Assembly: GCA_964016885.1 (NCBI GenBank)
Contig: OZ024740.1
Location: 8,308,001 to 8,372,000, forward strand
Source of the DNA: Eledone cirrhosa
Lineage: Eukaryota
Length of the DNA stretch: 64,000 nt
Direction of reading: 5' to 3'
The notes beneath the pieces are model-generated. The model ran no database searches, was not told the origin of the DNA, and was given only the letters and a program-made list of their open reading frames with translations. Shown in pieces: positions 55,901 through 64,000 of this stretch (the stretch's first letter is position 1; each line of letters starts with the position of its first letter). Made by a program: the position numbers and the translations under genes.

Positions 55901-58163
55901 TATATCAGTTTCTATTCGTATGTCAGTTTCTATTGGTATATCAGTTTCGATTGGTATATCAGTTTCGATTGGTATATCAGTTTCGATTGGTATATCAGTT
56001 TCGGTTGGTATGTCAGTTTCAATTGGTATATCAGTTTCTATTGGTATGTCAGTTTTGATTGGTATATCAGTTTCGATTGGTATGTCAGTTTCGATTGGTA
56101 TGTCAGTTTCGATTGGTATATCAGTTCGGATTGGTATGTCAGTTTCGATTGGTATGTCAGTTTCGATTGGTATATCAGTTTCGATTGGTATGTCAGTTTC
56201 GATTGGTATGTCAATTTCGATTGGTATATCAGTTTCTATTGGTATGTCAGTTTCGAGTGGTATGTCAGTTTCTATTGGTATATCAGTTTCGATTGATATA
56301 TCAGTTTCGATTAGTATGTCAGTTTCTACTGGTATGTCAGTTTCGATTAGTATATCAGTTTCTAATGGTATGTCAGTTTCTATTGGTATATCAGATTCGA
56401 TTGGTATATCACTTTCGATTAGTATGTCAGTTTCTATTGGTATGTCAGTTTCGATTGCTTTTTCAGTTCCGATTGGTATGTAAGTTTTGATTGGTATGTC
56501 AGTTTCGATTGGTATATCAGTTTCGATTGGGATGTCAGTTTCGATTAGTATATCAGTTTCTATTGGTATGTCAGTTTCGATTGGTATATCACTTTCGATT
56601 TGTATATCAGTTTCTATTGCTATATCAGTTTCTATTGGTATGTCAGTTTCAATTGGTATGAACGTTTCGATTGGTATATCAGTTTCGATTGGTATGTCAG
56701 TTTCGATTGGTATATCATTTTCGATTGGTATGTCAATTTCAATTAGTTTGTCAGTTTCTATTGGTATATCAGTTTCGATTGGTATGTCAGTTTCGATTAG
56801 TATATCAGTTTCTATATGTATGTCAGTTTCTATTGTTATATCAGTTTCGATTGGTATATCAGTTTCGATTAATATATCAGTTTCGATTACTATGTCAGTT
56901 TCTACTAGTATGTCAGTTTCGATTAGTATATCAGTTTCTATTTGTATGTCAGTTTCGATTGGTATGTCAGTTTCTATTGGTATGTCAGTTTCGATTGGTA
57001 TGTCAGTTTCTATTGGTATGTCAATTTCGATTGGTATATAAGTTTAGATTAGTATGTCAGTTTCTATTGGTATATCAGTTTCGATTGGTATATTAGTTTC
57101 GACTAGTATATCAGTTTCTATAGGTATGTTAGTTTCTATTAGTATATCAGTTTCGACTGGTATATCAGTTTCGATTAGAATGTCAGTTTCGATTGTTATG
57201 TCAGTTTCGATTCGTATATCAGTTCCGATTGGTATGTCAGTTTCTATTGGTATGTCAGTTTCGATTGGTATATCAGTTTCGATTTGTATATCAGTTCCTA
57301 TTGCTATGTCAGTTTCTATTGGTATGTCAGTTTCGATTTGTATATCAGTTCCAATTGGTATATCAGTTTCTATTGGTATGTCAGTTTCAATTGGTATGTA
57401 AGTTTCGATTGTCATATCAGGTTCTATTGGTATGTCAGTTTCAATTGGTATATCAGTTTCGATTGGTATGTCATTTTCAATTAGTATATCAGTTTCTATT
57501 GGTATGTCAGTTTCTATTGGTATATCACGTCCGATTGGTATGTCAATTTCGATTGGTATATCAGTTTCTATTGGTATGTCAGTTTCGATTGGTATGTCAG
57601 TTTCTATTGGTATATCAGTTTCGATTGATATATCAGTTTCGATTAGTATATCAGTTTCTACTGGTATGTCAGTTTCGATTAGTATATCAGTTTCTATTGG
57701 TATGTCAGTTTCGATTGGTATATCAGTTTCGATTCGTATATTAGTTCCTATTGCTATATCAGTTTCTATTGGTATGTCAGTTTCAACTGGTATGTAAGTT
57801 TCGATTGGTTTATCAGTTTCGATTGGTATGTCAGTTTCTATTGGTATATCAGTTTCTATTGGTATGTCAGTTTCGAGTGGTATGTCAGTTTCTATTGGTA
57901 TGTCAGTTTAAATTGGTATGTAAGTTTCGATTGTCATATCAGTTTCTATAGGTATGTCAATTTCTATCGGTATATCAGTTTCTATTGTTATATCAGTTTC
58001 GATTGATATATCAGTTTCGATTAGTATGTCAGTTTCTACTGGTATGTCAGTTTCGATTAGTATATTAGTTTCTATTGGTATGTCAGTTTCTATTGGTATA
58101 TCAGTTTCGATTGGTATATCAGTTTCGATTGGTATATCAGTTTCGATTGGTATATCAGTTTCG
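46993..58163. repeat. 18-bp satellite, homogeneous 2304-bp (128-mer) higher-order repeat
   Basis: Equivalent track ORF ends at 47828, 50132, 52436, 54740 and 57044, each 2304 bp apart. Confidence 0.97.
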
Positions 58164-58205
58164 GTTTTTCTGGGATGGCTGTTCCCTTCGGTATAAAGTA
58201 ACGTT

Positions 58206-58587
58206 CAAATTTTTCTCGATTCTTCTCTCCATTCGAACCCATTTATTCAATCACTTCTATGTCCTAATTTCACACTATATCATATTTTCACCATTCTATA
58301 TCATATCTTTTCTCTAAAAATCATATTTTCCCTATCACCGCATTTTCTCTATCGTAATTTCTTAAACAAAACAAATCTTGTATTTTCGTTTATTGTTAAA
58401 TTATGCCCAATTTTTTCTCGATTCTTCTCTCCATTCGAACCCATTCATTCAATCACTACTATGTCCTAATTTCACACTATATCGTATTTTCTCTAAAAAT
58501 CATATTTTCCCTATCACCGCATTTTCTCTATCGTATTTTCTTAAACAAAACAAATCTTGTATTTTCGTTTATTGTTAAATTATGCCC
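58206..58587 (+). repeat. Two tandem ~200/180-bp direct repeats in the RTE 5' UTR
   Basis: CAA(A/T)TTTTTCTCGATTCTTCTCTCCATTCGAACCC…TTGTTAAATTATGCC starts at 58206 and at 58408; the second copy lacks ~22 bp. Confidence 0.92.
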
Positions 58588-58730
58588 AAAATACGGCGAT
58601 CTTATCTTAAACCTTACATTCTCGCTAACAACCCATCATCCCTCCCTCCCGCCCCCACGCACCACCATTATTACGTGGACCAATCATAAGTCAGAGGCCC
58701 ATACTATCGCTTAACTGGTTGCTTTTCGAT

Positions 58731-58949
58731 ATGATGGATGGACTACAGAATTCTGGAGAGTTGAAGAGAGAAAAATGTGGACGCTCAGCGACAATGCCAA
58801 AGATAAAGCCAAATTCACCTCGTGGACGAGAATGCAAGCACTCCTCCTTGTTTCGGCCCAGGATGGCTAACATAACCCCCCCCCCCCCCCCGCGCCCCAC
58901 CGCTCCCACCCTCCAAACGCAATCCAAAACTTCAGAGTTGGTACCATGA
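58731..58949 (+). CDS. Short basic/Pro-rich upstream ORF of the RTE (or the out-of-frame N-terminus of ORF2)
   Basis: ATG at 58731. It crosses a C16 run (58876-58891), and its TGA overlaps the ATG at 58946 (ATGA). Confidence 0.45.
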   Translation: MMDGLQNSGELKREKCGRSATMPKIKPNSPRGRECKHSSLFRPRMANITPPPPPRPTAPTLQTQSKTSELVP

Positions 58950-61900
58950 ATGTAGGTACCTTAAAGGGTCGCTCTAACGAGGTTGTAGAAATGCTTGAAC
59001 GTAAGGAGGTCGATGTTTGTTGTATTCAAGAGACCAGGTGGAGGGGAGGGTCGGCTAGATTCATCGTGGGTAAAGAACGATGCTATAAGCTTTTCTGGGT
59101 GGGAAATGACAATGGGTTGGGTGGGGTAGGAATCATGGTAGCAGAAAAGTGGGCAGATAAGATAATAGACGTAAATAGAGTGAACGACAGAATAATTAAA
59201 ATAAGACTTGTCCTCAATAAAACTACGGTGACAGTAATATCTGCGTACGCACCCCAATCCGGACTGCCCCGCGCTATAAAAGACAAATTCTACGAGACAC
59301 TGATGCTCGCTACCTCCCAAATAACCGACAGTGACTATATAGTTATTGCAGGCGACCTAAATGGTCACGTTGGACAACATTGTGACGGCTATGACGGAAT
59401 CCATGGAGGCTATGGGTTCGGTACTAGAAATGAGGAAGGCTCCAGAATCCTGGAATTCTGCGACGCAAATAACTTAACTATCTGTAACACTAACTTCAAA
59501 AAACGAGACAATCACTTGATCACCTATAGATCGGGGGAACACACAAGCCAGGTAGATTATATCCTTACCAGAAGACGTGACAGAGTGTCTGTTGTTAACA
59601 CTAAATCCCACCCCCATGAAGAATTCACCTCCCAACATAGACTGATAATTAGCGACCTCATAGTCAGGACGAGACGTACTAGACAGCGGAAGAGGACTAT
59701 CCTCAGGAGAAAAATATGGAAGCTAAAGGACCCCATAGCCAGAAATAAATTTCAAAGCATATTACTTGACGCTTTCGACAGTAAGGAAGAGCAATTAGAG
59801 TCGTATAATATAGAGGAACAGTGGGAATTCCTGAGAGCAAACCTGCTGACGGCAGCAGACGAAGTCTGTGGCTGGAGCAGGCCTGTAGGTAGGAGGAGAG
59901 TAACATGGTGGTGGAACAGTAAGGTGGAGGAGTCAATTAAGGCCAAAAAGCAGGCTTGGAAAGTATGGCGGGATGGGGGAAGTAGAGAAGACTATCAAGT
60001 GGCCAGGAGGGAAGCTAGGAGACAAGTGTACTTCGCAAGAAGGGAAGCAGAGGAAAGAAAGTTCAAGCATGTTCTACAACGTGAGGACCAAAAACGTGAG
60101 GTGTTCAGGATTGCCAGGCAATGTGTCAAGGAAAACCGTGATATTGTCGGGGAGAAGTGTGTACTTAACGATGATGGCATACTTGCCATCACCGACGCTG
60201 ATAAGAAGGTAGCTTGGAAGTGTCACTACGAAAGGCTTCTAAATGAGGAGAACAAATGGGAGAAAGACAGTCTCCCCCAGATCGATCCAATAGAGGGACC
60301 AGCAGTGTTAGTTGAAGGTAGTATAATAAGTAAGGCAATCAAAGATATGAAGACGGGTAAGGCGGCTGGGCCTTCGGAAATAGTTGCTGAGATGCTGAAG
60401 GCATCTGGTTCGGTGGGACACACCATGGTCACCCGGATAGTTAACCAAGTCGTACAGAATGGGGTTGTTCCGAAGGAATGGCGTAGCAGCATCATCGTTA
60501 ACTGCTATAAGGGAAAAGGAGATGCCCTAGATAGGAGTAACTATAGAGGCATTAAATTAATCGACCAGGTCATGAAGGTCACGGAAAAAGTAATAGCGCA
60601 ACTAATCAGAGAGAGAATTGATCTAGATGAAATGCAGTTCGGGTTTGTGTCAGGCAAAAGTACCACAGACGCTCTTTTCATTGTACGACAACTACAGGAG
60701 AAGTACCTAGCTAAAAGTAAACCCCTATACTTAGCTTTCGTCGACTTGGAGAAAGCCTTCGACAGAGTCCCCCGTTCCATTATCTGGTGGTCTCTTAGAA
60801 AACTAGGTGTTGACGAATGGCTTGTGAGAGCTATACAAGCCATGTATAAAGAAACAGTCAGTAAGGTTAGAATTAACAACGAATATAGTGAAGAGTTTAG
60901 CGTAAAAGTTGGTGTCCATCAGGGCTCTGTTCTTAGCCCCCTACTATTTATTATTGCCCTTCAGGCTATAACAGAGGAGTTCAAGACCGGCTGCCCATGG
61001 GAACTCCTATACGCAGATGATCTAACGCTCATAGCTGAATCAATGACCGAACTAGAGAAGAAATTCCAAACGTGGAAGCACGGCCTAGAATCAAAAGGCC
61101 TTAAAATTAACCTGGCTAAGACTAAAGTTCTAGTTTGTAGGAAAGAAAATAAGGCGGCGGTCCCATCGGGGAAATGGCCATGCTCAGTGTGTAGGAAAGG
61201 CGTAGGTAGAAACTCCATTTTATGTCCCAAATGCAAAGTATGGGTGCATAAAAGATGTAGTGGGATCACAGGTAAGCTAACTAAGAACATAGATTTTACA
61301 TGTGGCCGGTGCTCTGGTGCAATAAGTAGCAGCAAGTGCCCACAAAATACTAGCTCCTTCAACTGCGCAGAGGGTTCTATAGAAATAGTGGACAGCTTCC
61401 GTTATCTGGGTGACAAAATCAGCAGTGGGGGAGGGTGCTCTGAAAGTACAGTAGCTAGAGTCAGAACTGGATGGAAAAAGTTCAGAGAGCTTATACCACT
61501 ATTAGCCGCTAGAGGTTCTCCCTAAAAATGAAAGGCAGGTTATACGATGCCTGCATACGAACAGCAATGCTGCATGGCAGTGAGACCTGGGCATTGTGTG
61601 CAGAGGATATACGCAGACTAGAGAGGAACGAAGCTTGCATGCTCCGCTGGATGTGCAATAGTAATATACGTGAACGGCAAAGCATAAACGAACTAAGGAA
61701 AAAATTAGAAATAAGAGGGATCAGATGTTGTTTACTCGAGAGAAGGCTACGTTGGTACGGTCACGTGATGCGCATGAAAGACGACAGCTGTATAACAAAG
61801 TGCAGGGCAATAAAGATAGACGGTAGCCACGGAGTAGGCAGACCCAGAAAAACATGGGACGAGCTGATAAATTCCGACCTCACACGCCTACACCTCTCCA

Positions 61901-61965
61901 AGACAATGTCACTGGACCGAGACTTTTGGTGGTACTCAGTAATAGAGAAGACCCGCCTTACCTAA
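58946..61965 (+). pseudogene. RTE ORF2 (APE endonuclease, reverse transcriptase with PHD-type insertion), one 1-bp frameshift near 61514
   Basis: Track ORFs 58946..61525 and 61528..61965. The intact copy reads AAA GGG TTC TCC CTA (KGFSL); this copy reads AGAGGTTCTCCCTA, one base shorter. Confidence 0.92.
61181..61312 (+). other. C4HC3 (PHD-type) zinc finger coding segment inside RTE ORF2
   Basis: CSVC-x10-CPKC-KVWV-H-KR-C-x14-CGRC, i.e. C-x2-C-x10-C-x2-C-x4-H-x2-C-x14-C-x2-C with the W-x-H signature. Confidence 0.85.
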
Positions 61966-62133
61966 ATACAAAGTAAAAACCTACTACAGTCAGTAGGCAT
62001 CTCTATCAAAACACACCCCCGTCCCACCACCTCCACCCCACCCACACCGGCCCTTTCAATGTAAAGTTATGTTGGTCCCACAACATCCAGGCCGAAACAA
62101 ATGAGATCGTGTAGGTGTCACGATAAAAAACAC

Positions 62134-62365
62134 ACAGTCCACGCTGTAAATGTGGCCGTGTAGGCAACACGGTAAAAACCTCCCAGCCCCACACTGTAAA
62201 TGTGGTTGGTGTTAGGAAGGGCATCCAGCTGTAGAAAACCCGCCAGACAGTCCACGCTGTAATGTGGCCGTGTAGGCAACACGGTAAAAACCTCCCATCC
62301 CCACACTGTAAATGTGGTTGGTGTTAGGAAGGGCATCCAACTGTAGAAAACCCGCCAGACAGTCC
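62134..62365 (+). repeat. 113/112-bp tandem duplication in the RTE 3' UTR bounded by ACAGTCC
   Basis: Units 62134-62246 and 62247-62358; ACAGTCC at 62134, 62247 and 62359. The other RTE tails have a single unit. Confidence 0.93.
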
Positions 62366-62473
62366 TATGCGAGCAAGACAACCACTCTTGCCTCAAGTGG
62401 GAAAACCCCCGTCCAAACCCATGCAAGCGTGGAACACGGACGCTAAACCTGATGATGATGATGATGATGATGA

Positions 62474-64000
62474 TATCAGTTTCGATTGGTATGTCAGTTT
62501 CGATTGGTATATCAGTTTCGATTGGTATGTCAATTTCAATTAGTATATCAGTTTCTATTGTTATATCAGTTTCGATTGGTATGTCAGTTTCGATTAGTAT
62601 ATCAGTTTCTTTAGGTATGTCAATTTCTATTGGTATATCTGTTTCGATTGGTATATCAGTTTCTATTGGTATATCAGTTTCCATTGACATATCAGTTTCG
62701 ATTAGTATGTCAGTTTCTACTGGTATGTCAGTTTCGATTAGTATATCAGTTTCTATTGGTGTGTCAGTTTCTATTGGTATATCAGTTTCGATTGGTATAT
62801 CAGTTTCGATTAGTATGTCAGTTTCTATTGGTATGTTAGTTTGGATTAGTATATCAGTTTCTATGGGTATATCAGTTTCGATTGGTATGTCAGTTTCAAT
62901 TGGTATATCAGTTTCTATTGGTATGTCAGTTTTGATTGGTATATCAGTTTCGATTGGTATGTCAGTTTCGATTGGTATGTCAGTTTCGATTGGTATATCA
63001 GTTCCGATTGGTATGTCAGTTTCGATTGGTATGTCAGTTTCGATTGGTATTTCAGTTTCGATTGGTATGTCAGTTTCGATTGGTATGTCAATTTCGATTG
63101 GTATATCAGTTTCTATTGGTATGTCAGTTTCGAGTGGTATGTCAGTTTCTATTGGTATATCAGTTTTGATTGATATATCAGTTTCGATTAGTATGTCAGT
63201 TTCTACTGGTATGTCAGTTTCGATTAGTATATCAGTTTCTAATGGTATGTCAGTTTCTATTAGTATATCAGATTCGATTGGTATATCACTTTCGATTAGT
63301 ATGTCAGTTTCTATTGGTATATCAGTTTCGATTGGTATGTCAGTTTCGATTAGTATATCAGTTTCTATAGGTATGTCAGTTTCTATTGTTATATCAGTTT
63401 CGATTGGTATATAAGTTTAGATTAGTATGTCAGTTTCTATTGGTATATCAGTTTCGATTGGTATATTAGTTTCGATTAGTATATCAGTTTCTATAGGTAT
63501 GTTAGTTTCTATTGGTATATCAGTTTCGACTGGTATATCAGTTTGGATTAGTATGTCAGTTTCGATTGTTATGTCAGTTTCGATTTGTATATCAGTTCCG
63601 ATTGGTATGTCAGTCTCGATTGGTATGTCAGTTTCGATTGGTATATCAGTTTTGATTGGTATGTCAGTTTCAATTGGTATGTCAATTTCGATTGGTATAT
63701 CAGTTTCTATAGGTATGTCAGTTTCGATTAGTATATCAATTTCTATTGGTATGTCAGTTTCGATTAGTATATCAGTTTCTATTGGTATGTCAGTTTCTAT
63801 TGGTATATCAGCTTCGATTGGTATATCAGTTTCGATTAGTATGTCAGTTTCTAATGGTATGTCAGTTTTGATTATTATATCAGTTTATATTGGTATATCA
63901 GTTTCAATTGGTATCTCAGTTTCTATTGTTATATCAGTTTCTATTGGTATGTCAGTTTCGATAGTTATGTCAGTTTCCATTGGTATATCAGTTTCGATTG
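62474..64000. repeat. 18-bp satellite array, heterogeneous type, continues beyond the window
   Basis: Same monomer. The variant order right after the LINE resembles ~1445-1620 and ~12785-12960 rather than the 2304-bp HOR. Confidence 0.97.

Larger units (their letters stand above)
58164..62473 (+). mobile_element. Near-full-length RTE-clade LINE (5' UTR with tandem repeats, short upstream ORF, EN-RT-PHD ORF2, 3' UTR, (TGA)8 tail)
   Basis: EN motifs (TMNVGTL, IQETRW, AYAPQ, GDLNGHVG, VDYIL) and RT motifs (NYRGIKL, QFGF, FVDLEKAFD, GVHQGSVLSP, YADD, GLKIN..KTK, FRYLG). The 5' boundary is uncertain by ~3 bp (58164-58167). Confidence 0.95.

Noticed and set aside
59620-59645. SQHR in place of SDH as proof of a dead RTE endonuclease
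   Set aside because: The catalytic His is retained, and to my knowledge QH variants occur in other RTE-clade elements. A single copy cannot show inactivation.
13912-61362. Antisense and alternate-frame ORFs overlapping the two LINE ORF2s (also 99..599)
   Set aside because: These are shadow ORFs with no recognisable motifs.
58946-61965. Bacterial retron, DGR or group II intron RT, or telomerase
   Set aside because: The N-terminal APE endonuclease, RTE C-terminal motifs and microsatellite tail identify a non-LTR retrotransposon.
58152-62484. 12-bp TSD ATATCAGTTTCG around the full-length RTE (and a ~21-bp one around the SINE)
   Set aside because: These strings are ordinary satellite sequence found everywhere in the array, and the flanks are discontinuous in HOR order, so a TSD cannot be established.
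1034-64000. Hundreds of ORFs (SVSIGM, VCQFRL, YVSFDW, IETDIP) as protein-coding genes
   Set aside because: An 18-bp unit is a multiple of 3, so several frames stay open automatically. There are no unique domains, and the ORFs recur with the HOR. Only the IETDIP synonymy pattern is kept, as a low-confidence finding.
1034-64000. CRISPR array
   Set aside because: Monomers are contiguous with no unique spacers, there are no cas genes, and the context is eukaryotic LINE/SINE.
1034-64000. CENP-B box or CCAAT-box function for TTCG/ATTGG in each monomer
   Set aside because: Only TTCG of the CENP-B box matches and the A..CGGG part is missing. A 5-bp ATTGG match alone is not evidence of regulatory function.

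Overview
Eukaryotic heterochromatin-type window, not a prokaryotic gene region. About 85% is one head-to-tail 18-bp satellite (consensus TCAGTTTC[G/T]ATTGGTAT[A/G]) with layered higher-order structure: heterogeneous units at 1-17 kb, ~1.5-2.2 kb units at 17-35 kb, an ~8.5 kb duplication, and a highly homogeneous 2304-bp (128-monomer) HOR with a 6912-bp super-period at ~42-58 kb. Five non-LTR retroelement insertions interrupt the array, all on the + strand: the 3' end of an RTE LINE (1-1033), a 5'-truncated CR1-like LINE (~13087-16366), a tRNA-headed CORE-type SINE with an RTE-derived tail (26433-26778), a 251-bp RTE 3' tail (46742-46992) and a near-full-length RTE LINE (~58164-62473). Three points stand out. 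The RTE ORF2 has a C4HC3 PHD-type finger inserted inside the reverse transcriptase. All four (TGA)n-tailed RTE-system insertions rejoin the satellite at the same monomer position and orientation. The CR1 ORF1/ORF2 junction has a canonical -1 frameshift heptamer. The hundreds of SVSIG/IETDIP/VCQF ORFs are read-throughs of the 18-mer. The CORE-SINE/RTE pairing suggests a mollusc, possibly an octopus, but this is inference only.
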